This document shows positions 27,322-35,801 of a stretch of 64,000 bases of DNA, one piece after another. The notes beneath the pieces were generated by a model. It did not search any database. It saw only the letters and a list, made by a program, of their open reading frames with translations, and had not been told where the DNA came from. Numbering within the stretch: the stretch's first letter is position 1; the number at the start of each line of letters is the position of its first letter. Source of the stretch: Deltaproteobacteria bacterium (GTDB lineage Bacteria; Desulfobacterota; Binatia; Bin18); contig SHZE01000002.1 of the NCBI GenBank assembly GCA_009692435.1, forward strand, positions 8,795 to 72,794, read 5' to 3'. The position numbers and the translations under genes were made by a program.

Positions 27322-28782
27322 ATGGCTTCCCCTGCCACGTTGATTGAGCAGAGCAGGAAGCGGTTGGTCCGCCAGCAACGGATCAACATCTGCGGTCTCT
27401 ATCTTCCTCCGTTAGGAGCCGCACTCGTACTAGGCAATGCCCTGGCCCGTGAGTTTTCCTTTTCCCTCGCCCTTGTTGGTCTTTCTGTTTTTACCCTGTT
27501 GCTCCGGATGGGGCTCGCGTTCCGACGCGCCAGGCGTACGGTCGAGAGCATCGCCGTGGCCGCATCTATTGACGAAAAAACCAACTGTCAGGAACGGCTG
27601 CTCACCCTCGCTACCATGCCCGCGACAGAAACGACCTCACCCTTTGTGGCCTTGCTCCAACGTCAAACCGAAGAAAAAACGACCACGTTCAGTCCCCAAC
27701 GCGCCTTTCCTTTCGCTCTTGACCGCCGCGTGTTCCTGACAGTCATTGCCTCAGCCCTCAGCCTGCTCGTGCTGTTCTTGCCGCCTCTCGAATCGGCAAT
27801 TGTGCCACCGCCCTCCCCTGCTCCTTCTACTACCAACACGGTTCAGCGAGAACTGGAAATACTCACTGACGTTGCTCGCTCACTGATGCGGGACGGAAAA
27901 ACACCTCAAGAAAAGACCGCTGGTGCCCAATTGCTTGCTCTTGCTGAACAACTAAAAGACCCGACGATTCCCCCGAAAGAAAAGCAGCAGTTGATTGAGG
28001 AAACCAAACAACGGCTGGAGCTGCCATTACCACAAATCCTCCCGTTCCAGCTCGACCTCTTTGCCAGCAAAGGCGACAAAGGGAAAGGCGATCAAGGCAA
28101 CCAGTCTCAACAAGGCGGCAAACAGCAAGACAAGAACAATAATAAGAATACCGATCCGTCACAGACGCCGCTTCAATCCGCCGCAGGCAATGCCCAACAG
28201 CAGGAGCAAAAGGACCAACCCGGCTCACAGCAGGGCGGCAAGAAAAGCGAACAACAAAAACCCCAAGAATCCGGTGGAGGGATCAAGTTCGACCAATCAA
28301 AACCTGAGCAGCAAGGAGAAAAACGCGAACAAGCTGGACAGGACTCTTCTGGCGAGCAACAGAAAGCTGACCAGAATCAATCGCCTGACGGCCGCACGCA
28401 GGGGAAGGATCCCAACCAACCAGGTGGGCAAGATGGTTCCGGACAGGACCCACAGAAGCAAGGACCAAATCCACAGCGAGACCCTCAGCAACCTGGGCAA
28501 GAGCAGAAAGGTGCTGGCGGCGCTACAGCTGGAGGGCCTGGCGAACGGTTCTTGAAAGAGGGTGAACAACCGGGCGGGTTTCTCACCAAAGATGCCCGGT
28601 TTGTGAAAGTGCGCATTCCTTTTAGCCATGCTCCGCAAAAGGAAGGAGAAAATCTGACGGAGAATACCGACCGCGCACAGCCCAACACCCCTTACAGCAA
28701 CGCACCACTCAAAGAGGCTCCACCTGATCAAGTCCAAGCCAAACAACCAGTGCCATTGGAATATCGAACAATTCTGAAGTGA
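27322..28782 (+). CDS. MoxR-coupled membrane protein, paralog of 10241..11725
   Basis: N-terminal TM segments, VAASIDEKTNCQERLLTLATM (compare IARRVDARAGLKERLATLV), an extreme Q/G/K/P/D/N-rich region, and C-terminal PVPLEYRTILK. 4-nt overlap with the following moxR. Confidence 0.7.
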   Translation: MASPATLIEQSRKRLVRQQRINICGLYLPPLGAALVLGNALAREFSFSLALVGLSVFTLLLRMGLAFRRARRTVESIAVAASIDEKTNCQERLLTLATMPATETTSPFVALLQRQTEEKTTTFSPQRAFPFALDRRVFLTVIASALSLLVLFLPPLESAIVPPPSPAPSTTNTVQRELEILTDVARSLMRDGKTPQEKTAGAQLLALAEQLKDPTIPPKEKQQLIEETKQRLELPLPQILPFQLDLFASKGDKGKGDQGNQSQQGGKQQDKNNNKNTDPSQTPLQSAAGNAQQQEQKDQPGSQQGGKKSEQQKPQESGGGIKFDQSKPEQQGEKREQAGQDSSGEQQKADQNQSPDGRTQGKDPNQPGGQDGSGQDPQKQGPNPQRDPQQPGQEQKGAGGATAGGPGERFLKEGEQPGGFLTKDARFVKVRIPFSHAPQKEGENLTENTDRAQPNTPYSNAPLKEAPPDQVQAKQPVPLEYRTILK

Positions 28783-29792
28783 ACATTATGACTATGACAC
28801 CACCTGAAGAACGCGTGAAAGAATTTCGCCGCACCTTTTCCGCACTCGAAGAAGAAGTCGGCAGAGTCATCGTTGGCCACCACGATGCCGTCCGCAAAGT
28901 GCTGACCGCTTTTTTTGCCGGCGGTCATGTGTTGATCGAAGGCGTTCCAGGGTTAGGCAAAACCTTGATGGTGAAATCGCTCAGCCAAGCCCTCGGCCTC
29001 AGTTTTAAGCGGATCCAGTTCACCCCAGACCTCATGCCGTCGGATATTGTCGGAACACAGGTGTTGGCTGACGGGTCTGGTCCACGGCACTTCGAATTCA
29101 AGCAAGGACCGATATTCGCCAACATTGTCCTGGCTGATGAAATCAACCGCGCGACCCCCAAAACGCAGTCCGCCCTCCTTGAAGCGATGGAAGAACACCA
29201 GGTCTCGGTTTTTGGCGAGACGCATAGTTTGGATTCTCCGTTCTTCGTCCTCGCGACACAAAACCCAATCGAAATCGAAGGAACGTATCCCTTACCCGAA
29301 GCCCAACTGGATCGTTTCCTAATGAAGTTAATCGTCCACCCACCGACCTCGGTTGAGCTGACCGAGATTCTCACGCGCACGACAACAGGAACACGCTACC
29401 AAATCAAACAAATCCTCGCGGCGGACCGCGCGCACACATTAGTTGAAGAGATGAAAGCGTTGACGCGCGAGGTCCTGCTTGCACCGCCACTGGCTAACTA
29501 TGTGGCACGATTGATCGCGGCAGCCACACCAGGGTCAGACCAACCGGTTGTTCCCGAAGTCACGCAATACCTTCGCTTTGGTCCTGGACCGCGTGGCGCG
29601 CAAGCAATCACGCTGGGGGCGAAAGTGAACGCTTTGCTCGACGGGCGCGTGAATGTGAGTTTTGAGGACCTCGCTGATATTACCCTGCCCGCGCTCCGCC
29701 ATCGCTGTCTGCTCAATTTTCAAGCTGAAGCGGAAAACATCACGTCAGATCAGATTGTCGCGCTGATTCTTAAGAAGGTGGCGAAGAAGTAG
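28779..29792 (+). CDS. MoxR-family AAA+ ATPase (second copy)
   Basis: IVGHHDAVRKVLTAFFAGGHVLIEGVPGLGKT; VLADEINRATPKTQSALLEAM; ATQNPIEIEGTYPLPEAQLDRF. Confidence 0.95.
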   Translation: MNIMTMTPPEERVKEFRRTFSALEEEVGRVIVGHHDAVRKVLTAFFAGGHVLIEGVPGLGKTLMVKSLSQALGLSFKRIQFTPDLMPSDIVGTQVLADGSGPRHFEFKQGPIFANIVLADEINRATPKTQSALLEAMEEHQVSVFGETHSLDSPFFVLATQNPIEIEGTYPLPEAQLDRFLMKLIVHPPTSVELTEILTRTTTGTRYQIKQILAADRAHTLVEEMKALTREVLLAPPLANYVARLIAAATPGSDQPVVPEVTQYLRFGPGPRGAQAITLGAKVNALLDGRVNVSFEDLADITLPALRHRCLLNFQAEAENITSDQIVALILKKVAKK

Positions 29793-29931
29793 AGGGACCT
29801 CCGATCCATCCAGTCCCCTCGCGTGCAAAACTGGCTTGTTTTTCGCCCCCCCATGTTTCCCTTGTCCGGCTGTACAGACTTAAGCTATAGTCCCGTCTCC
29901 AATAAAACACACCATTACAAGGAGAGGACAA

Positions 29932-30309
29932 ATGGCGAACAAAGCTGATATCGACAAAGGGCTAAAAATCCGCAAGAAGCTCAGCGGAAAACGGTTTAGC
30001 AAGCAAGCGACGGCACTGGCGGAACTGGCCCCTGATCTCGAAGACATGCTCAACGAAGTGGTATTTGGCCGCGTGTGGACGCGACCGGGACTCGAATTGC
30101 GGATGCGCAGCGCGATCACTATCGCCTCACTGATGGCGATGCAACGCTTGCCGCAACTCAAGGCTCACATCGCGAATGGGCTCAATGCCGGGCTTACGAA
30201 AAAAGAAATCGTCGAAATTCTCACCCACGTCGCCTTCTACGCCGGCGTACCGACCGCGGTGAATGCCTTCCAACTGGCGAAAGAAGTGTTTCAGGAGAAT
30301 GAAGAATGA
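29932..30309 (+). CDS. Carboxymuconolactone decarboxylase (AhpD-like/PcaC-like) family protein
   Basis: 125 aa; ...VVFGRVWTRPGLELRMRSAITIASLMAMQRLPQLKAHI...GLTKKEIVEILTHVAFYAGVPTAVNAF. RBS AAGGAGAGG. Confidence 0.85.
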   Translation: MANKADIDKGLKIRKKLSGKRFSKQATALAELAPDLEDMLNEVVFGRVWTRPGLELRMRSAITIASLMAMQRLPQLKAHIANGLNAGLTKKEIVEILTHVAFYAGVPTAVNAFQLAKEVFQENEE

Positions 30310-30394
30310 AGAAGTGAGAATGAAGAAGTGGGAATCGCTGTCCTTCTTCATTTCTCCATTCTTAATTTTCCATTCTTCATTCTTCATTCTCTCC
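30295..30394 (+). repeat. Stop-anchored heptad hairpin, family A (GAATGAAGAA arm / TTCTTCATTC arm), 'empty' form
   Basis: The purine arm AATGAAG AATGAAG AAGTGAG AATGAAG AAGTGGG contains the CMD stop (30307..30309). A short loop is followed by the pyrimidine arm CTTCTTCATTTCTCCATTCTTAATTTTCCATTCTTCATTCTTCATTCTC, which ends 10 nt before the MFS ATG. Confidence 0.85.
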
Positions 30395-30403
30395 GGAGCG
30401 TTT

Positions 30404-31708
30404 ATGCCGATACGCTACAAAGTCGTTGGGCTCCTCTTCCTGAGCACCATCATCAACTACGCCGACCGGGTGAACATCTCCGTGGCTGGGGCGGACATCA
30501 TGCGGGAAACCGGATGGGATAAGACCCAATTCGGCGTGGTGCTCTCCGCTTTTCTGTTGGGCTATGCGTTGTTCCAGTTTCCTGGTGGACTGATCGCTGA
30601 CCGCTGGAGCGCTCGCAAAGTACTGGCCCTCTCGTGTCTCGGATTCTCACTGTTTACCGCGCTGACGCCCATCGGCGGAGCGGGACTCGCGGTCATGTTA
30701 GCACTGCGATTTCTGGTAGGGGCGTGTGAATCCATTAGCCTCCCAGCCCTGGCCTCGTTCAATTCCCACTGGATACCACGGCACGAATATGCGCGCGCGC
30801 AGACCGTGAGTATCTCCGGCACCTCAATCGGTCAGATGCTCGCCTACCCGACGACCACCTGGCTTATTGAATTATTTTCCTGGCCAGTGGTCTTCTACTT
30901 CAACGCCACCATTGGCCTCCTCTGGGTGGCGACCTGGCTGTGGTACACAACGGATACACCTCGCGAACACCCCAGTATAGAGACTAAAGAACTCGACTAT
31001 ATCGAGAAACACCTGATTCCACGCGCCACACATGCGCACCCCTCGTTTTGGGCCATTCTGGCTGCTCCGTCGGTCCTCGCCTTGTGTGTGACCTACATGT
31101 TGTACGCGTTCATTGCCTGGATTTTCATCCTGTGGTTCCCCACTTATTTGGTGGAAGTGCGCGGTTTTTCCCGCCTCGTCATGGGGGGGGTGGGCATGCT
31201 GCCCACCTTTGGCGGCTTTGTCGGCATGATTGTTGGCGGAACGATTTCCGACTGGCTCTTACGCAACGGCTATGGTGCCCGTATGGCGCGGGCGCGGTTT
31301 CCTGGGTTGTGTGTCGGCTTGGCCATGCCGATCTTGCTCGCGGCGGTGCTCGTGCCATCAACGGTGTTGTCAGTCGTCCTGTTCGTCCTCTTTTATTTCA
31401 CCTTTTCCCTAGCGGTCTCCGGTTATTGGACCATGCCGCTTGAACTTGCTCCACGTGCTGTCGGTGCCGTCGGTGGAGTAATGAACACGACTGGCAATTT
31501 CGCTGGCTTCTTCGGTCCGATGATCGCCGGATACATGATCACCAAAACCGGAAGCTGGATTTCCCTCTTTTACTTAGCAGCAGCACTCGGAATAGTGAGC
31601 AGCGCGATTTTTATGTTTCTCGTCCGCACCGAACCGATTGTGATTGCTGGGATTGAAGCTGAGACTGGAACAGAAAAAGTCGAAGCTCCCATCGGCACCG
31701 GCCACTAA
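30404..31708 (+). CDS. MFS transporter (anion:cation symporter-like)
   Basis: MPIRYKVVGLLFLSTIINYADRVNISVAG...; LGYALFQFPGGLIADRWSARKV. The ORF's upstream extension reads through the hairpin repeat. Confidence 0.9.
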   Translation: MPIRYKVVGLLFLSTIINYADRVNISVAGADIMRETGWDKTQFGVVLSAFLLGYALFQFPGGLIADRWSARKVLALSCLGFSLFTALTPIGGAGLAVMLALRFLVGACESISLPALASFNSHWIPRHEYARAQTVSISGTSIGQMLAYPTTTWLIELFSWPVVFYFNATIGLLWVATWLWYTTDTPREHPSIETKELDYIEKHLIPRATHAHPSFWAILAAPSVLALCVTYMLYAFIAWIFILWFPTYLVEVRGFSRLVMGGVGMLPTFGGFVGMIVGGTISDWLLRNGYGARMARARFPGLCVGLAMPILLAAVLVPSTVLSVVLFVLFYFTFSLAVSGYWTMPLELAPRAVGAVGGVMNTTGNFAGFFGPMIAGYMITKTGSWISLFYLAAALGIVSSAIFMFLVRTEPIVIAGIEAETGTEKVEAPIGTGH

Positions 31709-31751
31709 CAACCCAGGAAATCCACAGGCACGTAAGAGGCGAAAGACAAAC

Positions 31752-32939
31752 ATGGCCGAAGCTCCCAGACCTGCTCCGATGGCGGTCCGCTTAACCTGGC
31801 TTGATGGCATGAAAGGAATATCCATCCTGTGGATCGCCTTCTTCCATTTTTATACGGCCTATACCAACAATCGCTACCCGAACCCGCTCGGGCCGCACTA
31901 CTTTTCGTCGTTCATTGCGCAATGCGCTCCGTCTTCTGCTTTAGGAACTCTGGGATGCGCCGCGCACGGACTTTACACCGCGGTCGCCGCCGTGGGATTC
32001 CATGCGGTTGCCGTGTTCCTCATCTTGAGTGGCTTTGGGTTAGCCTATTCCCTGGCGAAAACCGGCGATCCAGAAGATGGTTGGTTGGGCTGGTATCGCG
32101 GGCGCATATTGCGGCTGTATCCGATGTACTGGGTCGCCCATCTCGTCTATCTCGTCTCCCCGTTTGTGGTGCGCTATGAGGCGGTGGATTACCGTTTTTT
32201 CCTCAGCCTTTTGGGAGATCGCATTTATCCGGTCGATTCGATCTTTTATTACGTCAATCCCGCGTGGTGGTACTTTGGATTGCTCCTGCAACTCTATCTC
32301 GTCTTTCCGCTGCTGTTCCGGTTACTGCAAAAATTCGGGCCGGTGGGATTCTTGGCGCTCTGTGGCGTGATAACCTTTGGCAGCCGGTATCTCTTGCTGT
32401 TAGTGCTCAGTACGCATGGCTATTACGTGCAAGGCGCGTTCTTCGGCTCACGCTTGTGGGAGTTCGCCATTGGGATGGTCCTCGGATTGTTGTACCGTCG
32501 CTTCCCCCGTGAGATGGAACATCGCCTTTTTTCCTTCCCGACAATTATGGGTGGCGTGGGACTGTACGTGTTAGGGCTCTACAGCTACGCGACCACGCAG
32601 ACCTATATCGCGAACGATGCGCTGATTGGCACGGGGTTGTTCATTCTGCTCGCGCATATCGCTCGATGGTGTGAGCTGCTCCCGCGCCTCGGGGCGTTGC
32701 TGGCCTATGTGGGCGCCTTCTCGTATGGCTTATATCTGCTGCATCAACCCTACGTACTCTATTTCGCGGAACGACTGCGAGACATGAACGAAGTGCTCGT
32801 CTCGCTACTTGGCTGTGTCATTATTGGCGTGCTCACCTGTCTCACCATTCCGCTCGAACGCTCCATCAATCAGCTCACGAATCGGGTACTTGATCGAAAG
32901 AAGGTGAGTGTTCAACCGTTGGTGGTCAGTCCTCAGTAG
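31752..32939 (+). CDS. Acyltransferase family 3 membrane protein (OafA-like)
   Basis: RLTWLDGMKGISILWIAFFHFY...; multiple TM segments. Start at Met37 of the ORF. Confidence 0.85.
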   Translation: MAEAPRPAPMAVRLTWLDGMKGISILWIAFFHFYTAYTNNRYPNPLGPHYFSSFIAQCAPSSALGTLGCAAHGLYTAVAAVGFHAVAVFLILSGFGLAYSLAKTGDPEDGWLGWYRGRILRLYPMYWVAHLVYLVSPFVVRYEAVDYRFFLSLLGDRIYPVDSIFYYVNPAWWYFGLLLQLYLVFPLLFRLLQKFGPVGFLALCGVITFGSRYLLLLVLSTHGYYVQGAFFGSRLWEFAIGMVLGLLYRRFPREMEHRLFSFPTIMGGVGLYVLGLYSYATTQTYIANDALIGTGLFILLAHIARWCELLPRLGALLAYVGAFSYGLYLLHQPYVLYFAERLRDMNEVLVSLLGCVIIGVLTCLTIPLERSINQLTNRVLDRKKVSVQPLVVSPQ

Positions 32940-33010
32940 CCAGTAGGGGAAAAGTAGTCAGTAGTCCGCATGGGGAGAACTTTTTTCTACTGGCTACTGG
33001 CTACTTCCCC
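32934..33010. repeat. Convergent-gene hairpin built from CAGTAGC-type repeats
   Basis: CAGTAGCCAGTAG (32934..32946) pairs perfectly with CTACTGGCTACTG (32988..33000). The arms overlap both convergent stop codons (TAG 32937..32939 and the minus-strand TAG at 32987..32989). Confidence 0.85.
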
Positions 33011-34360
33011 CAGCCTCTTCTTCGCCTCTAAGTCCCGCGCCAACGTCACTGCTGTTTTCCAGAAAAACCAGGCAGCAATAACATTCATAAGGATGGCCAT
33101 GGAAAGTAGCGAATACCGGATGGCGTCTTTTGTGCCAATCAAGTCATTGAGAATCCCAATTACTTGTGGCCCCGCGCCCAGTCCGATGATGGTCACGATA
33201 AAAAGAAAAACCGCCGAGGCCGTCGCGCGCATGGATGGTGGGACAAGGTCTTGAATCATGGCGATGGTTGGTCCCAGCCAGAGGGTAGTCGCGATGTTGT
33301 AGGGCAATAACGCCAAGAGGGCGATTTCGGTGTCAGCTAACAAGAGCGCGAAAAACAGTGGGGGAACCGACAACAGGGCACCGATCAGACCGACATACGG
33401 GCGCGCACGCGGGTTGCTCCGCACCCAGCGATCAGCAATCCACCCACCAGCGAACGCGCCAATGATCCCCCCAAGCGCGGTAATCCATGACATCCAACGA
33501 CCGAGCGACCCTGGGGTCATTGCGTGGACCCGAATGAAGAATGCCGGGAGCCACGCGCCGAGGCCGTACCCAACAAACGCATGAAACCCACCAGCTAGAC
33601 TCGCATTGCGTGCAGCGGGCAGGGTGAGGAAAAACCGCCCGACTTCTCGCATCGAATGCTCCTGAGCTTTTTCCGCGACATGGTCACTCAATCCACGTGG
33701 AGGTTCACGAACAGTAAAGCGCACAATGAGGGCCATGAGGATGCCAGGAAGTCCAACAACAAAGAACGCCATGCGCCAGCCGTAGGCATCGTTAATCCAA
33801 CCACCGATCCAAAATCCGAGCCCGACACCGACATAGATGCCAGACGCATAGACCGCGAATGCCGTCGCGCGCTTTTCTGGGGGAAAATAATCGGCAATCA
33901 GGGAATGCGCTGAGGGCGTCGCACCAGCTTCGCCAATGCCAACGCCAATACGCGCGAGGGCCAGGTCGGTAAACCCACGCGCCAACCCGGAGGCTGCGGT
34001 CATCACGCTCCACGTCACGAGGCTGATGGCAATCAAACTGCGCCGCACCCACCGGTCAGCAATGCGCGCTAAGGGCAACCCCGCCACCGTATAAAACGCG
34101 GCAAAAGCGAAGCCGGTCAGAAACCCCATCTTGGTGTCCGAGATTTGGAGATCGTCCTTAATCGGTTGCAGGAGGATCGCGAGAATTTGTCGGTCGATAA
34201 AATTGAAAATGTAGACGAAAAAGAGGACACCCAGGACGTAATTCGCATACAGCCCTCCGACCGTGTGCTTTTGGGTGTCCCGCGTCAGAGAAAGCGGAGA
34301 CGGAGAACGGTCGTCTGCCGGTGTCTGATTGTGCATGCTGCGCTCCTTCATGGCGGACAC
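32987..34360 (-). CDS. MFS transporter (spinster-like)
   Basis: LYANYVLGVLFFVYIFNFIDRQILAILLQPIKDDL...; LARIADRWVRRSLIAISL; 12 predicted hydrophobic segments. Confidence 0.9.
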   Translation of the reverse strand: MSAMKERSMHNQTPADDRSPSPLSLTRDTQKHTVGGLYANYVLGVLFFVYIFNFIDRQILAILLQPIKDDLQISDTKMGFLTGFAFAAFYTVAGLPLARIADRWVRRSLIAISLVTWSVMTAASGLARGFTDLALARIGVGIGEAGATPSAHSLIADYFPPEKRATAFAVYASGIYVGVGLGFWIGGWINDAYGWRMAFFVVGLPGILMALIVRFTVREPPRGLSDHVAEKAQEHSMREVGRFFLTLPAARNASLAGGFHAFVGYGLGAWLPAFFIRVHAMTPGSLGRWMSWITALGGIIGAFAGGWIADRWVRSNPRARPYVGLIGALLSVPPLFFALLLADTEIALLALLPYNIATTLWLGPTIAMIQDLVPPSMRATASAVFLFIVTIIGLGAGPQVIGILNDLIGTKDAIRYSLLSMAILMNVIAAWFFWKTAVTLARDLEAKKRLGEVASSQ

Positions 34361-34422
34361 AAACGCTCCTTACTCTCTCAGTGTGAGTCCTTTGTCAAGC
34401 AAGTGGGGTGGGGGTTAGGGGC

Positions 34423-34612
34423 CTTTTAGGGGTAGGTTTTTCTCGTTCCCCGCAATTTTACAGGCTTTCTGCCTGCGTGGTTTCTCCGGGTCATCGTGCC
34501 CGCGAAGGCGGGCATCCAGGCGCAGAACCCCGTGGATTGCGGGATTCCTGGATGCCCGCCTTCGCGGGAATGACGACTCTGCTCTCTTTCGGCAAAAAAC
34601 CTACCCTTGAAA
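34423..34612. mobile_element. MITE-like element with nested inverted repeats, flanked by a 12-nt direct repeat
   Basis: Outer IR is AGGGGTAGGTTTTT (34428-41) against AAAAACCTACCCTT (34595-608). Inner IR is GTCATCGTGCCCGCGAAGGCGGGCATCCAGG (34490-520) against CCTGGATGCCCGCCTTCGCGGGAATGACGAC (34547-77). The direct repeat GGGGTTAGGGGC occurs at 34411-22 and 34613-24. No ORF. Confidence 0.6.
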
Positions 34613-34714
34613 GGGGTTAGGGGCTAGGGACTGGGGGCGGGCTGAAGACTGACGGCTGACGACTGACCGCTCTCTATGGTAGAGTCGGCCAATATTCATC
34701 CCCAAGGAGGTACT

Positions 34715-35710
34715 ATGGCGCGGAACATTTCGGTCGGCATCAACTGGCAAGGAGCGCTGGACTACAAAGCACTGATTGCGCGCGTGAAAATCGCCGATGC
34801 CGTGGGAGTGCATTCCGCCTGGGTGCCGGAAGCGTGGGGGCGTGATGCCTTTACCATTCTCGCGCTGTTGGCGGATCGCACCACAAAAATTCAGCTCGGG
34901 ACGGCCATCGTCAACACCTATTCGCGGACACCCGCGGCCATGGCGCAGCACTTCGCCACGCTTGATGAGTTATCCGGGGGACGGATGATTATCGGTCTTG
35001 GCACAAGCGGGCCACAGGTCATCGAACATTTTCACGGCGTCAAGTTCGATCCTCCGCTCACGCGCATGAAGGAGTACGTCGAGATCATCAACACGCTCAT
35101 GCGCAACGAACCGCTGAAGCACAGTGGAAAAGTGTTCAATCTCCAGCGCGGCTTTACCCTCCGCTTTACCCCCGTGCGCGATCATATTCCCATCTATCTG
35201 GCGACGCTCAATGCGAAGAGTGTCAAGCTCACGGCTGAGGTAGCGGATGGATGGCTTCCGGTTATGATTCCGTTGCCAAATCTCACGAATGAAATTGCCG
35301 CACTACGGAAATTGAGCGTCGCGGCTGGCCGACCAGCGAATGTGCTGTCGGTGCGTGCTCCCGGTGCCGTGACCGTGACGAAGAACATTGACAAGGCACG
35401 TGCGGAGTCGGCGGGAACACTCGCATTTTACATTGGCCGAATGGGGACGTTCTACGCCGAGCAACTCACTCGGCATGGGTACGGAGAAGCAGTCCAGGCG
35501 ATAAAGAAAGGCTGGGACGTCAACTCACGCGCGGCAACCGAATCGGTCCCCGCCAATCTCATTGATGCCACCAGTTGCGCCGGCTCCGTGGAAGCCTGCA
35601 TCGAGCGGATACACGCCCAAGCAGAAAGCGGAGTTGATCTGCATCCCGTGCATGTCGATGCACAGGATCCTCGCGAGTATGAACAGACATTGACGAAGTT
35701 GGTCGGGTAA
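34715..35710 (+). CDS. LLM-class (luciferase-like) flavin/F420-dependent oxidoreductase
   Basis: MARNISVGINWQG...AVGVHSAWVPEAWGRDAFTILALLA...; GRMIIGLGTSGPQVIEHFHG. RBS AAGGAGG lies 6 nt upstream of ATG 34715. Confidence 0.88.
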   Translation: MARNISVGINWQGALDYKALIARVKIADAVGVHSAWVPEAWGRDAFTILALLADRTTKIQLGTAIVNTYSRTPAAMAQHFATLDELSGGRMIIGLGTSGPQVIEHFHGVKFDPPLTRMKEYVEIINTLMRNEPLKHSGKVFNLQRGFTLRFTPVRDHIPIYLATLNAKSVKLTAEVADGWLPVMIPLPNLTNEIAALRKLSVAAGRPANVLSVRAPGAVTVTKNIDKARAESAGTLAFYIGRMGTFYAEQLTRHGYGEAVQAIKKGWDVNSRAATESVPANLIDATSCAGSVEACIERIHAQAESGVDLHPVHVDAQDPREYEQTLTKLVG

Positions 35711-35716
35711 CCGCGA

Positions 35717-35800
35717 GGGAAGGAATCGGAGAACCGGAGAGCGGGGGAATCGGGGTAGGGTGCGCTTTGCGCACCACTCAATCCCTACTCCCCGGTCTCC
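35717..35800 (+). repeat. Stop-proximal imperfect hairpin, family B (second copy)
   Basis: Follows the LLM stop (35708..35710). GAATCGGAGAACCGGAGA (35723..35740) is the reverse complement of 3686..3703. The central stem is GGTGCGC-TTT-GCGCACC, and the right arm ends at the convergent stop 35802. Confidence 0.75.
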
Positions 35801-35801
35801 A

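Noticed and set aside
34411-34641. The TTAGGG-containing tracts look telomere-like.
   Set aside because: There are only 2-3 irregular units on each side of a MITE-like element, in the interior of a gene-dense bacterial contig. They are better described as G4-capable simple sequence.
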